Shown here: in pieces, positions 20,535 through 32,206 of the stretch
Position numbering within the stretch: the stretch's first letter is position 1
Layout: each line of letters begins with the position of its first letter
From: Promethearchaeota archaeon
Lineage (GTDB): Archaea > Asgardarchaeota > Lokiarchaeia > Sigyniarchaeales > SOKP01
Direction of reading: 5' to 3'
DNA length: 64,000 nucleotides
Assembly (NCBI GenBank): GCA_016839765.1
Contig: JAEOTP010000015.1
Span: 98,282 to 162,281, forward strand
Program-made: the position numbers and the translations under genes
The notes under the pieces: model-generated
Database searches by the model: none
What the model was told of the DNA's origin: nothing
What the model saw: only the letters and a program-made list of their open reading frames with translations

Positions 20535-21422
20535 TTACAGAGAAATATTAAGTTTTTGTCTTAATTCTTTATATCTTGAACGAAGTGTTACCTCAGTCAC
20601 CCCAATTGAATCTGCGATTTGTTTCTGAGTATAACTTTTATTCTTTATTTTACATGCTAGATAAATAGCTCCACCAACTATCCCTTTCGGATCTTTTCCA
20701 CTACTAGAAAATTTGGAAATGAAAGTTTTTACTATTTTTGTAGCTAAATTTTCAACTTCTGAAGATAATCCTAATTCAGCAATATATCTTGGAATTAGAG
20801 CACTTGGTTTAGTATTTGGTGCTTTTAAATTTAATTCTCGAATTAAAACTCTATAACATCGTCTAACATCTTTATCCTTTTCAGCAGTTTCCTCTAAGAT
20901 TTCGTGCAGAGTTCTAGACAACCTATATTTTCTAATTGCATAATATAAACACGCTGCAATCATAGAGTTTATTGATCTACCTCGAAGTAATTTTTGCTTG
21001 AATACCTCTCTATAAAGGCGCATTGCTTCTTCTTTTATATGATTTGGTAAATTCAAATTAGTACTAATTCTTTTGAGTTCTGTGGTGGCAATTAGCATGT
21101 TTCGCTTTTTCCAAGGCATTCTAGTATCCCATTTTGCTGCTCTTTTTAAATCAGGATTATCTATTTTTTTTTTATCTATTGTAGTAGTTAATCCAATATC
21201 TGGGACAAGACTTGAAATGGGTGACCCGGTTCTTTCCCTTTTGGATTTTTCCTCATTACTATAAGCTCTTCTCCCACTATGAGAGAAGTCAACATTTCTT
21301 TCTTGCAAAACTAAACCACATTGATTACAAACAACATCTCCAGTTTCCTGGAGTGAAATAATATTACCCCCACATTCTGGGCATAAATTGATGGTTTTAT
21401 TCAAATTATAAACAACATTCAT
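20535..21422 (-). CDS. tfb: Transcription initiation factor IIB paralog
   Basis: Zn ribbon CPECGG...CNQCG, two cyclin folds (GRSINSM, GKDPKG), GVTEVTLRSRYKEL. Confidence 0.95.
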   Translation of the reverse strand: MNVVYNLNKTINLCPECGGNIISLQETGDVVCNQCGLVLQERNVDFSHSGRRAYSNEEKSKRERTGSPISSLVPDIGLTTTIDKKKIDNPDLKRAAKWDTRMPWKKRNMLIATTELKRISTNLNLPNHIKEEAMRLYREVFKQKLLRGRSINSMIAACLYYAIRKYRLSRTLHEILEETAEKDKDVRRCYRVLIRELNLKAPNTKPSALIPRYIAELGLSSEVENLATKIVKTFISKFSSSGKDPKGIVGGAIYLACKIKNKSYTQKQIADSIGVTEVTLRSRYKELRQKLNISL

Positions 21423-21483
21423 TTCAACATCACTTTAATTATTTTATAAAAAAAATTATAAAAAACAACAAAAAAAATTAAAT

Positions 21484-24117
21484 TTATAATGATAAATCCC
21501 TCGAAATTTTACCTATTTTTTCAAAAACAAAAGCTCCATGTTTATTTAAATCGACTTTAATAAGATCTTCGTCATCTATATCTCCTTCTAAAATCTTGAG
21601 TGATAATGGATTTTGAATTAAATTTTGAATTGCTCTTTTTAGAGGCCTTGCTCCATAATCAGGATCAAAACCTTTTTTAGCGAGCACCCCTTTTGCTGCA
21701 TCTGATAATTCTATTTGAATCTTTTGTTCTGAAAGAATTTTATTTAAATTCTTGATTTGTATATCTACAATAAACTTAATTTGTTCTTCTTCTAAAAAGT
21801 TAAATATGACAATCTCATCAACTCGATTCAAGAATTCTGGTCTGAAGTAATTTTTTAGAGTATTTAATATCAATTCTTTGTTCTGATCTTTATCCTCCTT
21901 CCTTGATTCGAGGATGTATTGACTACCGATATTACTAGTCATAATAATTATTGTATTCTTAAAATCTACAGTCTTTCCATGTCCATCTGTCAATCTTCCA
22001 TCATCCATAATTTGTAGAAGAATGTTAAAAACTTCAAGATGTGCTTTTTCAATTTCATCAAATAAAATTACTGAGTAAGGTCTCCTTCTAACTGCTTCTG
22101 TTAAATATCCTCCTTCTTCAAATCCCACATAACCAGGAGGAGCTCCTATTAATCTAGCTACACTATGTTTTTCCATAAATTCTGACATATCAACTCTTAC
22201 CATGGCATTTTCATCATCAAATAAAAATTCGGCTAATGCTTTTGCGGTCTCGGTCTTCCCTACTCCAGTAGGACCCATAAAAATAAATGTCCCAATTGGT
22301 CTATTTGGGTCTTGAATCCCAGCTCTTGCTCTTCTAATAGCATTTGAAATTATGCTCAATGCTTCATCTTGACCAATTACTCTTTTTCTTAAACGATCCT
22401 CCATTTTTAATAATTTATCACGCTCACCTTCTAACATTCTTGAAACAGGAATTCCTGTCCATTGCGAAACAATTTTTGCGATGTCTTCCTCATCAACTTC
22501 TTGCTTTAACATTACTTTATTTTCTTGAATCTCGTTTAATTTAGAATTAGATTGCTCTAAATCTTTTTTTAGTTGGTTTAAAACTCCATAGGTTAATTCC
22601 GCAGCTTTTTCAAGATCCCCTCTTTTTTCAGCTCTTTCAGCCTCAATCTTAGTCTCTTCCATTTTCTTTTTAATTTCATTGATTTTTGATATGAAATTTT
22701 TTTCATTATTCCATTGAATCTTTAGCTTATCACTTTCTTCTCGAAGATTATGTAGTTCCTCATCCAATTTCTTCATCTTTTCTTTTACTGATTTGTCGCT
22801 CTCTTTTTTTAAAGCTTCTTTTTGAATTTCTAATTGAATTATTTTTCGCTCTATTTCATCTATCTCCGTTGGCATACTATCAATCTCAATTCGCAATCTT
22901 GATGCGGCCTCATCCATTAAGTCAATAGCTTTATCTGGTAAAAAGCGATCAGCAATATACCTATGTGATAACATAACAGCTGCTATAATTGCTGAATCAG
23001 TTATTCTTACTCCATGATGGATTTCATACTTCTCTTTTAATCCCCTCAAAATAGCTATTGAATCTTCTACATTAGGTTCTTCTACAAACACAGTCTGAAA
23101 TCTTCGTGTTAATGCGGCATCTTTCTCAATATACTTCCTATATTCATCTATAGTAGTTGCTCCTATTGCCCGTAATTCTCCTCTTGCTAATGCCGGTTTT
23201 AACATGTTTGATGCATCAATAGCCCCTTGAGCAGCACCTGCTCCGATTAAAGTATGCAATTCATCAATAAATAATATATATTTTCCTGCTCCCTTTTCTA
23301 CTTCTTTAATAAATGCTTTTAACCGATCTTCAAATTCTCCGCGATACTTAGCGCCCGCAACCATCGCTGCTAAATCCATCGCAATTATATCTTTATTCTT
23401 TAAAGATTCTGGAATATCATTATTAGCAATGCGTTGGGCTAATCCTTCTACAATTGCAGTTTTTCCTACACCAGCTTCTCCTATTAAAACGGGATTATTT
23501 TTGGTTCTTCTTGAAAGTATATGCATTACTCTTCTTATTTCATCATCTCTTCCAATAACAGGATCAATTTTCCCTCTTTTCGCTAAATCCGTGAGATTGC
23601 GACTATATTTTTCAATTGCTTGATACTTCCCTTCTGGATCTTGATCATTGATAGTTTGGCTTCCTCGTATAGAAGTTAATGCTTGTAAAATCCTACCGTT
23701 AGTTATTCCAAACTTTTTTAAAATGGAGTATATAGGTAAAGATTGGTCTTTAGACATAGCTATTAATAAATGTTCTGTGCTTAGATATTGATCTTTCATA
23801 GATTCAGCTTCTTTCCAAGCATTATCAAATAATTTTCCAGAATTTCGTGATAAAACTACATCAGTTGCTCCTGATCCAGTAACTTTCGGTAATTTCTCTA
23901 AATCTTTATTCAAATCGTGCAATAATTGTGATATATTAATTCCTAGTTTCTGTAATAAGGGAGTTGTGATACCATCTTTTTGTTCTATTAAGGAGATTAA
24001 TAAATGAATTGGTTCAATTTGCTGATTATCATTAGTTTGAGCTAATAATCTTGCAGCCATAAGAGCTTCTTGTACTTTTATCGTAAATTTATCAAATTTC
24101 ATCATTTTTTTTATCAC
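21484..24117 (-). CDS. clpB: ClpB disaggregase
   Basis: Two AAA+ modules ([16 protein letters not shown]) with a long coiled-coil middle domain. Confidence 0.97.
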   Translation of the reverse strand: MIKKMMKFDKFTIKVQEALMAARLLAQTNDNQQIEPIHLLISLIEQKDGITTPLLQKLGINISQLLHDLNKDLEKLPKVTGSGATDVVLSRNSGKLFDNAWKEAESMKDQYLSTEHLLIAMSKDQSLPIYSILKKFGITNGRILQALTSIRGSQTINDQDPEGKYQAIEKYSRNLTDLAKRGKIDPVIGRDDEIRRVMHILSRRTKNNPVLIGEAGVGKTAIVEGLAQRIANNDIPESLKNKDIIAMDLAAMVAGAKYRGEFEDRLKAFIKEVEKGAGKYILFIDELHTLIGAGAAQGAIDASNMLKPALARGELRAIGATTIDEYRKYIEKDAALTRRFQTVFVEEPNVEDSIAILRGLKEKYEIHHGVRITDSAIIAAVMLSHRYIADRFLPDKAIDLMDEAASRLRIEIDSMPTEIDEIERKIIQLEIQKEALKKESDKSVKEKMKKLDEELHNLREESDKLKIQWNNEKNFISKINEIKKKMEETKIEAERAEKRGDLEKAAELTYGVLNQLKKDLEQSNSKLNEIQENKVMLKQEVDEEDIAKIVSQWTGIPVSRMLEGERDKLLKMEDRLRKRVIGQDEALSIISNAIRRARAGIQDPNRPIGTFIFMGPTGVGKTETAKALAEFLFDDENAMVRVDMSEFMEKHSVARLIGAPPGYVGFEEGGYLTEAVRRRPYSVILFDEIEKAHLEVFNILLQIMDDGRLTDGHGKTVDFKNTIIIMTSNIGSQYILESRKEDKDQNKELILNTLKNYFRPEFLNRVDEIVIFNFLEEEQIKFIVDIQIKNLNKILSEQKIQIELSDAAKGVLAKKGFDPDYGARPLKRAIQNLIQNPLSLKILEGDIDDEDLIKVDLNKHGAFVFEKIGKISRDLSL

Positions 24118-24121
24118 CTAT

Positions 24122-25135
24122 TTATAATCCCGCTGCTTTTAATTGTTCAATTATTTGTTTTTGAGTTTTATTTAATCTTTCAGGAACTTGAATTTTTATT
24201 CTAATTAATAAATTCCCTCTTTCATTTGAATTAATTTTGAAAAATCCTTGATTTTTTAATCTTAATGTGGATGAATCGCTTGTTCCAGGAGGTACTGTTA
24301 CATTTAACGTTTTTTCAATACCAGGAACTTGAATTTTCCCTCCCAAACTTGCAACTGAGAAAGGAATTTTATGTTCTATAGAAAGGTCATCACCTCTTCT
24401 TTCAAAAAGAGAGTGATTCTTTATGTGAACTGCAATATACAAATCTCCAGGAAAACCTCCATTTTCTCCTGGCATTCCCTTTCCCTTTAATCGTAATTTT
24501 TGGTCATCCCTAATACCTTTAGGTATATTAACTGTTAAGTTCTTCATTTGACCAGATAATGGATCTTTATATTGAATCTTCTTTTTTCCACCATAGAACG
24601 CATCCATAAAATCAATCTCCATATCATATCGTAAATCATCTCCTTCTCTTGGATAATTATATGATGGGGAACGAGCTCTCGTACTACCAGTGCCTCTTTT
24701 CGTAAAAACATCAAAAATATCTCCCAAATCGTTGAAAAAATCAGAACCTCCAAATCCCCCTCTTGAAGTTTTATTATTTCCAAAAATTTCACTAAAATTA
24801 AATCCTCCTGGGTTACCAGCGGTTGAATAGTAATACGTTGTACTTCCATTTGGACTTCTATTTGTTCTTCCGCTCCCAGGAAACCCCTGCGCCCATTGTT
24901 GATATGTTGATGGATCCCCATCTACTACGCCAAATTTATCATACATTTCTCTCTTTTTATCATCACTTAAAATACTATAAGCCTCGTTTATTTCTTTAAA
25001 AGTTTCACCTGATTTTAGTTCATCTGGATTTACATCTGGGTGATATTTCCGAGCCATTTTTCGAAATGCTCTTTTTATTTCTTCTTTTGTAGCATTTTTT
25101 GGGATCCCTAAAATTTTATAATAATCTTTAGCCAT
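24122..25135 (-). CDS. dnaJ: Class B J-domain chaperone (DnaJ/CbpA-like, no Zn finger)
   Basis: DYYKILG, HPD motif, G/F-rich linker, C-terminal domain. No CxxCxGxG repeats. Confidence 0.93.
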   Translation of the reverse strand: MAKDYYKILGIPKNATKEEIKRAFRKMARKYHPDVNPDELKSGETFKEINEAYSILSDDKKREMYDKFGVVDGDPSTYQQWAQGFPGSGRTNRSPNGSTTYYYSTAGNPGGFNFSEIFGNNKTSRGGFGGSDFFNDLGDIFDVFTKRGTGSTRARSPSYNYPREGDDLRYDMEIDFMDAFYGGKKKIQYKDPLSGQMKNLTVNIPKGIRDDQKLRLKGKGMPGENGGFPGDLYIAVHIKNHSLFERRGDDLSIEHKIPFSVASLGGKIQVPGIEKTLNVTVPPGTSDSSTLRLKNQGFFKINSNERGNLLIRIKIQVPERLNKTQKQIIEQLKAAGL

Positions 25136-25215
25136 TTTTAACCCCTTTATTTAATAATTATCATAATAATCGTGAATTAATATAAAATAAAAAAATAAAA
25201 TTAAAAAAAATGGAA

Positions 25216-27102
25216 TTATTCATATTCTGCATCTACAACGTTATCTTGACCAGTAGCACGTCTAAATTGCTCTTCTTCAATTTCATCTTGAGATTTTCCT
25301 TGATGTTTTGGACTTGTTCCACCCATACCTCCAGGTGGGACTCCCTGATGTGCAGTTTGCTGTTGTCCATAAATCCGAGCTGAAACTTCATGTAATGAAC
25401 TTTGCAAAGCTTCTGTTGCGCTTTTAATCCTGGAGACATCATCTGATTCCATAGCACTTCGCAAATCTGAAATTTTCTCGAGAATCCTTGATTTCAAATC
25501 TCCGATTACAGCCTCGTTTTCTTTAATAAGTTTCTCCGTTTGATATATCAGAGCTTCTGCTTGGTTTTTAGCTTCTGTTAGTTCTTTGAACTTCCTATCT
25601 TCTTCAGCATTTCGCTCCGCTTCTCTTACTTTTTGTTCGATATCATCTTCAGACATTTTTGTTGAGGCTGTAATAGTTATACTTTGACTTTTTCCCGTTC
25701 CTTTATCTTTTGCAGATACATTTAAGATACCATTTTGATCTATATCAAAAGTAACTTCGATTTGAGGCATGCCCCTTGGTGCTGGAGGAATACCGGTCAA
25801 ATGAAACTTACCTAATGTTATGTTATCTGCAGCTCTAGGTCTCTCTCCCTGTAAGACATGAATTTCTACTGCAGGTTGATTATCAGCAGCTGTACTAAAA
25901 ATTTCAGTTTTTTTAGTTGGAATGGTAGTATTTCTTTCAATCAATTTAGTAAAAACTCCTCCTAATGTTTCAACTCCTAATGATAATGGAGTAACATCTA
26001 AAAGTAGCAAATCTTTGACTTCACCAGTTAAAACTCCACCCTGAATTGAAGCACCAATAGCAACACATTCCATAGGATCGATACTTCTTTCCGGTTTTCT
26101 ACCTAAGAATTTCTCAAACTTCTCTTGAATACTTGGCATTCTTGTGGGTCCACCTACTAATATTACTTTATCAACTTCACCTTTCTTCAGATTTGCATCG
26201 TCCAGAGCTTTAATAATTGGAGCCTCTAATCTTTTCAAAACAGTTTCAATCAATTGTTCTAATTTTGCTCTTGTAATTGACATATTAAGATGTTTAGGCC
26301 CTGAATCTGTGGCTGTAATGTATGGTAGATTTATATCAGTTGTAATTGAAGTTGATAACTCAATTTTAGCTTGTTCCGCAGCTTCTCGTATTCTTTGCAT
26401 TGCCATTGAATCTTTTCTCAACTCAATACCTTCTTTAGCTTTAAACTCATCAATTATGTAGTCAACAAGAATTCTATCCATGTCTGTGCCACCAAGTTGA
26501 GTATCTCCAGCCGTGGAAATAACTTCGAATACTTGATTATCCATTTCCATTATAGTGACATCAAAAGTACCGCCACCAAGATCTAAAACAGCAATTTTTA
26601 GCCGAGCGTCTTTCTTATCTAATCCATAAGCGACGGCGGCGGCAGTAGGTTCGTTGATTAAACGCTTAACGTTCAATCCCGCGATCCTTCCCGCATCTTT
26701 CGTAGCTTGTCTTTGATTATCATTAAAGTAAGCTGGAACAGTAATTATTGCCTCAGTAACTTCTTCACCTAGGTAAGCGCTAGCATCCTCTTTGATCTTT
26801 CTTAAAATCATTGCTGAAATTTCTTGTGGTGTATAATCCTTTCTATCAATTGTTACCTTGTAAGAAGTGCCCATTTTACGTTTAATAGCTGTTATAGTGC
26901 GATCTGGATTTGAAATAGCTTGTCTTCGTGCGGGTTCACCAACTAATCTCTGTCCATCTTTCGTAAATGCTACAACTGAGGGAAATGCCTTACCTCCTAA
27001 TGTATTACCTTCTGCACTAGGAATAATGGTTGGTTTACCACCAATCAATACGGCAGCAGCAGAATTTGAAGTTCCTAAATCGATACCAATTATTTTTCCC
27101 AT
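25216..27102 (-). CDS. dnaK: Hsp70 chaperone DnaK
   Basis: [33 protein letters not shown]. Lacks the Gram-negative-type N-terminal insert. Confidence 0.98.
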   Translation of the reverse strand: MGKIIGIDLGTSNSAAAVLIGGKPTIIPSAEGNTLGGKAFPSVVAFTKDGQRLVGEPARRQAISNPDRTITAIKRKMGTSYKVTIDRKDYTPQEISAMILRKIKEDASAYLGEEVTEAIITVPAYFNDNQRQATKDAGRIAGLNVKRLINEPTAAAVAYGLDKKDARLKIAVLDLGGGTFDVTIMEMDNQVFEVISTAGDTQLGGTDMDRILVDYIIDEFKAKEGIELRKDSMAMQRIREAAEQAKIELSTSITTDINLPYITATDSGPKHLNMSITRAKLEQLIETVLKRLEAPIIKALDDANLKKGEVDKVILVGGPTRMPSIQEKFEKFLGRKPERSIDPMECVAIGASIQGGVLTGEVKDLLLLDVTPLSLGVETLGGVFTKLIERNTTIPTKKTEIFSTAADNQPAVEIHVLQGERPRAADNITLGKFHLTGIPPAPRGMPQIEVTFDIDQNGILNVSAKDKGTGKSQSITITASTKMSEDDIEQKVREAERNAEEDRKFKELTEAKNQAEALIYQTEKLIKENEAVIGDLKSRILEKISDLRSAMESDDVSRIKSATEALQSSLHEVSARIYGQQQTAHQGVPPGGMGGTSPKHQGKSQDEIEEEQFRRATGQDNVVDAEYE

Positions 27103-27132
27103 ATTTCTTCACTTTTTTCTTTTTTTTCGTTT

Positions 27133-27807
27133 TTAATTTTTTATATTAAATTTTAATTTTGATACTTTAACCCCTGCGGGTTTCAATATAGCGTTATTAA
27201 AATAATAACCTTTATCTAATTCTTCAATAATAGTATTTTCAGGGAGATTGTCGTTCGCTTCAACCATAAGAGCTTCATGTTTATAAGGATCAAATTTTTG
27301 TCCTTCACATTTCATCTCTCTTACTCCCTCTACTTCGAGAAATTTTTCAAAGTTCTTCATAATCATCTCAAACCCTTTTTTTACTTGCTCACTATTTTCT
27401 AAGGTTTCTAAGATTTTTAATGCCCGTTGTAAATCTTCATAATGTTTAATCAATTTTTTTAGTATTTCTTCCTTTATTCTCATCTTGTACCTTTCATTTT
27501 CACGATGATTTGATTTCTTATAATTTTCGAAATCAGCTTGTACTCTTACGAGTGAATTTAAATATTTTTCTGTCTTCTCCTCTAAATCTTTAAGCTTTCT
27601 ACCATCATCTCTCATTTCCTCAAGTTGTCTGTGTAATTCTGATTTTTTAGCTTCGATGTCTTTAAATTTCTTAACTAAAGTCCCATATTTTTCAGCAATT
27701 TCTCTCAATTGCCTATATTGGTTTTTAGATATTGTAATCTTGCTATAAGGGTCCTCTAATGACCTCCGAGCATTGGAAAATTCATCATAAAAGTCTTCAA
27801 ATACCAT
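27133..27807 (-). CDS. grpE: Nucleotide exchange factor GrpE
   Basis: ADFENYKK, FDPYKHEA, KGY...LKPA. ATG at 27807 is preferred over TTG at 27816. Confidence 0.93.
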   Translation of the reverse strand: MVFEDFYDEFSNARRSLEDPYSKITISKNQYRQLREIAEKYGTLVKKFKDIEAKKSELHRQLEEMRDDGRKLKDLEEKTEKYLNSLVRVQADFENYKKSNHRENERYKMRIKEEILKKLIKHYEDLQRALKILETLENSEQVKKGFEMIMKNFEKFLEVEGVREMKCEGQKFDPYKHEALMVEANDNLPENTIIEELDKGYYFNNAILKPAGVKVSKLKFNIKN

Positions 27808-27823
27808 TTTTTTCAATTTATTT

Positions 27824-27896
27824 TTGTCAATTAACTTTTATTGTCAATTCATGGTTGACAATTAATGTATGTTGAAATAAGTATTTAAAGGTTTCG
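27824..27896 (-). promoter_or_regulatory. Heat-shock cluster promoter with candidate operator
   Basis: Minus strand CGAAAC-C-TTTAAATA (27896-27882). Perfect inverted repeat ATTGTCAA-N7-TTGACAAT at 27840-27862 and a third half-site at 27824-27830. Confidence 0.65.
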
Positions 27897-28207
27897 ATTT
27901 TAAAAAATAATGCGTAAAAAGTTGCTTTTTGATTAAGATTAATACGTTTTTGAATATATCTTAAAAGATATTATTTAAAATTTTAAAATGTATTTTATAT
28001 ATTAAAATTAATAAACTTTTAATCGATTAATGTTTTCAATTAAACAGTAAGAAAAACGAAGTAGTTTGATTCCTCTTTTTGATTATTATTTTGGAATTAT
28101 AATTTATGGTAAAAATATAATAGAACTTTTAAGTTTTTACAATTTTTATAGATTTAATAATATAGTTATATAATATAAGATAATGATTAGGAAAAAAGAG
28201 AAGAAAA

Positions 28208-28378
28208 ATGAAGGTTAAATGGAAAACATTTAGGAAATCATATCCATATATTTGTACTAATTGCGGAGAGTTTTCTAATATGGAAAGAGAATATTGTGAA
28301 AACTGCGGTCAAAAAGATTGTCTTAGGGATACCAATAAAGAAGATTATGAGAAGCATCTAGGGATAATAAAAGAGTAA
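28208..28378 (+). CDS. 56-aa zinc-ribbon micro-protein (not in ORF track)
   Basis: MKVKWKTFRKSYPYICTNCGEFSNMEREYCENCGQKDCLRDTNKEDYEKHLGIIKE, two CxxCG motifs. Confidence 0.8.
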   Translation: MKVKWKTFRKSYPYICTNCGEFSNMEREYCENCGQKDCLRDTNKEDYEKHLGIIKE

Positions 28379-28614
28379 ATCATTAAAACTATGAATATGA
28401 TTATAATTTACTTCTAATTTATATTTTTATGGAAATCTTTTTGTCAATTTCAGGTCTATGTTTTTTTTTCCCACGAATTTTAGAAAAACGCTTATATCTT
28501 CAGTTCTACTAATTGGTGGATAAAAGTTATCCCAATGTATAAGAATCACTTTTTTAGAAAATAAAAATTATTATTAGTAATTGGTGAAATTATAATAGTC
28601 TTGTATACTTTCGT

Positions 28615-29448
28615 TTAATCAACCCAAAAATGTCTCGCTAAACTTCTTCTTTTTTCCCATAATTCATTTTTTTTAGAGAAAGCTATAATCCCTAACCCTT
28701 GATCTGCATCTTTTATTTTCCACATACCGCTTACAGCACCAGTAAGACCTGCTGATAAAACTTCAAATCCTTGAGCAGTATAAAGATCACACTCAACTCC
28801 ACGGTTTATTATGAACTTTAATTGTCTTAAACCCTGTTGATTTTTAGATTTAAGCACTTCTAGTAATTTATTTACTTCAGCATCAATTTTATCATTTGGA
28901 ACTATTCGATTCCAGAGATTCCATTCTACAGCACATTTTGCAGTATGTAAAGCACCAATAAGGTTTATTTCTTTTGCTCTACGTCTTCCGATTAAACGTG
29001 CAAGTCTAGTAGTGCCACCCCAACCTGGAGTGATTCCTACATCTACCTCAGGCATTCCCCATTTAGCTCGCTCTGTGGCAATAACAAAATCACATGCCAT
29101 AGTTATTTCTAAACCACCGCCAACAGCATATCCATCTACAGCAGCAATTGTTATTTTATCTAATTCTTCAAGTTGGTTGGCCATATTTTGATAATACCTA
29201 GCTCTTCTAGTAATATCGTTCGCATCACCCCAGTTTATCATTTCAGTAATGTCATCACCTACACAGAAATTATTTCCAGCTCCTTTAATCACTAAAAATT
29301 TTATTTTGGTAGATTGTCGTACTAATTCTATTGCGCTTACAATTTCGTCAGAAAGTTTCATACTTAAGGCATTTAAAACTTTAGGGCGATTTAGGGTTAT
29401 ATATGCTACTTGTTCTTTTTCTTCATAAATTAATTGTTCAAAATTCAT
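28615..29448 (-). CDS. Enoyl-CoA hydratase/isomerase
   Basis: TLNRPKVLNAL, AVGGGLE, MPEVDVGITPGWGGT (both catalytic Glu present). Confidence 0.92.
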   Translation of the reverse strand: MNFEQLIYEEKEQVAYITLNRPKVLNALSMKLSDEIVSAIELVRQSTKIKFLVIKGAGNNFCVGDDITEMINWGDANDITRRARYYQNMANQLEELDKITIAAVDGYAVGGGLEITMACDFVIATERAKWGMPEVDVGITPGWGGTTRLARLIGRRRAKEINLIGALHTAKCAVEWNLWNRIVPNDKIDAEVNKLLEVLKSKNQQGLRQLKFIINRGVECDLYTAQGFEVLSAGLTGAVSGMWKIKDADQGLGIIAFSKKNELWEKRRSLARHFWVD

Positions 29449-29534
29449 GAAATAAAATTGAATTCATATAAATATAAGCCTTTCTTTATTCAGAACAATT
29501 ATAGTTAAAAAAAAAAAGTTTTAAAAAAAGTTTA

Positions 29535-29984
29535 CTATTCTTTTTTCCAATTATACTTCTTTGGACCAGCAAACAATAGCAAGAATGCTGGAACTAAAAT
29601 AAGTATACCTGCCCATCCCCACATACCAAATATAGTGATAATAACGCCCCAAACTAACATCCATGGCATTCTAAGTTTCCCAAGATTTAGTACCCAATCA
29701 TATAAAGCATCCCAATCTTTCGCAGCACATTTGTTTGAAAACTTTGGTTTTATGATTGCAACTGCTATAATGATTATTACTACTCCCCAAATCATACTCC
29801 AAACTGGGAAAAATAGTGGCCTCCGAAGATATGATGGCATGGTCGCATTCCATGCTATATTAACAAATAAAACCCATGTATAATAACTCACATCTATTAT
29901 TCCGTTTATAAGTACAACAATCCACGCCCATTTACCCATACCAGAGGCAAGTGATTCATGTTTCCAACCAGTTGATTCTCCCAT
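29535..29984 (-). CDS. Trp-rich membrane protein
   Basis: 149 aa with 3-4 hydrophobic segments. GAGGT RBS. Confidence 0.8.
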   Translation of the reverse strand: MGESTGWKHESLASGMGKWAWIVVLINGIIDVSYYTWVLFVNIAWNATMPSYLRRPLFFPVWSMIWGVVIIIIAVAIIKPKFSNKCAAKDWDALYDWVLNLGKLRMPWMLVWGVIITIFGMWGWAGILILVPAFLLLFAGPKKYNWKKE

Positions 29985-30160
29985 ATCTCTTATTACCTCA
30001 ATCCTTCATTTTCGATTTTAAATTAATTTTATATAATATTTAGGTTTTTTATATTTTAAATTTTCACTTATACTTAAAGTGTTAATTTATTTGGGAGAAA
30101 AAGTATAATACGTCAATGAAATCAAATAAAAGGAATTATAAATAGAATTATGTAATGTTT

Positions 30161-31627
30161 TTAATCTGAGTTTGGTTCAAGAATTTCTCCTATATAATAA
30201 AGACCTACTAAATTTCCCCTCTTTTGAAATTTTCTTGAAACTAATAAGATAATGACATGTTCATTTTCGTCTAAGTTTCCAGTTTCAACTCCATACTTAA
30301 CAGATTGTTCTATTAAGCTTTCTACATCTAAATTGAAGAAATCTATATTTTCAATATGGATTGGTTGGACTCCCCACACTAAATGTAATTCTCTAGCAGT
30401 TTTTATAAATGGTGTCATAGCGATTATCGGTAATGGTGGACGGAATTTTGAAATCATACGTGCACCATAACCTTGTCGAGTTATCACTAAGATTTTTCCT
30501 CGAAAATTTAATTCTTCCATTTCTTTAGCTAAGGCATGGATTGCATGGCCAAGAGTTTGAGTATGCGTTAATCGATCAGAGTCATAATCATCTGGTGATC
30601 TTAAAGGAGTATGTTGGCTAGCTGTAGTAGCGATTTTATTCATATATTCGACAGAGTTTATAGGAAACTTACCAACAGCAGTCTCAGCAGAGAGCATTAC
30701 CGCATCAGTTCCATCTATTACAGCATTAAATATGTCATTAGCCTCCGCGCGAGTTGGAACAGGAGTGTTTGTCATCGATTCTAACATTTGTGTAGCTACA
30801 ATAACAGGCTTTCCCTCTTTATTACACTTATAAATAAGCTCTTTTTGTTTAACAGGGACTTGATCTGGAGATATTTCTACTCCTAGATCTCCTCTAGCTA
30901 CCATTATTCCATCAGAAACTTCTAAGATTTGATCAAAATTATCTAATGCAATTGATCGTTCAATTTTTGAAATTAATTTTATTTTATTATTACCATAATT
31001 TTCAAGAAGTTTCTTTACTGTTAGTACATCATCTCCTCCAGAAACAAAAGAAATTGCCACAAATTCAGGATTTAGTTGAGAAATAAATTCAAGATCTTTT
31101 ATATCCTTTTCAGTGGGAACTCTCATTTCTAATTCACCACGGGGTATATTTACTCCTTTATTGTTACTTATTAACCCACCTGCAATTATTTCACCTATGA
31201 AATGATCCTTTTCTTTACTTTTTACTTTGATCTTAATAATCCCATCATTAACATAAAAAAAGTCTCCTTTCTTCATGGATTTTAGAAATCCGACTAAGGG
31301 CACGGAAAACTGAGTTTGGTCTCCTCCACCATCTATTTCGTTCTCATAAATTTTTACTTCTTGACCTACATTTAAATTATATGCCTCATCATTTTTGAAT
31401 TTGCCAACCCTTATTTTTGGTCCTTGAATATCTGCTAAAATTCCCATATAATTATCAATTTCCCTAATTCTTTCAACTAATTCTCTTTTTTCATCATGTG
31501 TTCCATGAGAAAAATTTAATCTGAATATATCTACACCAGCGTCTATTAAACTTTTAATCATATTTTTGGAATTTGAAGCTGGACCTAAAGTAGCTATTAT
31601 TTTAATAGTATTTTCACGAAAAGACAT
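30161..31627 (-). CDS. pyk: Pyruvate kinase
   Basis: IATLGPAS, RLNFSHG, MVARGDLG, ATQMLESM, MLSAETA. Confidence 0.97.
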   Translation of the reverse strand: MSFRENTIKIIATLGPASNSKNMIKSLIDAGVDIFRLNFSHGTHDEKRELVERIREIDNYMGILADIQGPKIRVGKFKNDEAYNLNVGQEVKIYENEIDGGGDQTQFSVPLVGFLKSMKKGDFFYVNDGIIKIKVKSKEKDHFIGEIIAGGLISNNKGVNIPRGELEMRVPTEKDIKDLEFISQLNPEFVAISFVSGGDDVLTVKKLLENYGNNKIKLISKIERSIALDNFDQILEVSDGIMVARGDLGVEISPDQVPVKQKELIYKCNKEGKPVIVATQMLESMTNTPVPTRAEANDIFNAVIDGTDAVMLSAETAVGKFPINSVEYMNKIATTASQHTPLRSPDDYDSDRLTHTQTLGHAIHALAKEMEELNFRGKILVITRQGYGARMISKFRPPLPIIAMTPFIKTARELHLVWGVQPIHIENIDFFNLDVESLIEQSVKYGVETGNLDENEHVIILLVSRKFQKRGNLVGLYYIGEILEPNSD

Positions 31628-31674
31628 CTAAATCAATTTAATATTATTTCTTTTTTCTTTAAAAATTATTTATT

Positions 31675-32148
31675 TTATATTAGATTTTTTATTTTATCTA
31701 ATTTTTTTTTAAAGTTTATCCTTAAATCTTTCAAGATTTTAACTGATTTCAAAAAATCTTCCTTATCTCGAATTTCTTTCAAGGATAATAAACTTATTCT
31801 AAAGTTTTTAGGATAGATTGAGAATTGAATTAATTTTATATTACTAATCTCTTTTATTGGCTCTTTCGCAATTGATACTAAAAAATCAGAGCTTTGAGAT
31901 GCTAAAATTATTGCTAGAAAATGTCTAAATTTTGGTTCGTTGTTATAATTTTTGACTTTAATAAGATAGTAGTTTTTAAATTCTTCTTTCATTTCATAAA
32001 AATTTTTAATTTTTAAAATTCTTGGAGTTCCTTCTACGATTTCTGAAATAGAGGGATATCTACCTTTTAATTCCATAGCTTTTTTAATTATTTCAGTTTT
32101 AAGAAATGATTCCAAAGATTCTCTACTAGTTGATGTCATGTCTTTCAA
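31675..32148 (-). CDS. Hypothetical protein
   Basis: 157 aa ORF co-oriented between aor and pyk. Confidence 0.7.
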   Translation of the reverse strand: MKDMTSTSRESLESFLKTEIIKKAMELKGRYPSISEIVEGTPRILKIKNFYEMKEEFKNYYLIKVKNYNNEPKFRHFLAIILASQSSDFLVSIAKEPIKEISNIKLIQFSIYPKNFRISLLSLKEIRDKEDFLKSVKILKDLRINFKKKLDKIKNLI

Positions 32149-32206
32149 GTTAATTTAACTCTATAGTTATTTTTTTAATGAATATTAATAATAGAAAAAT
32201 TAATAT

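Noticed and set aside
28441-28447. Isolated TTGTCAA heptamer
   Set aside because: A single half-site with no partner and no suitable promoter position.
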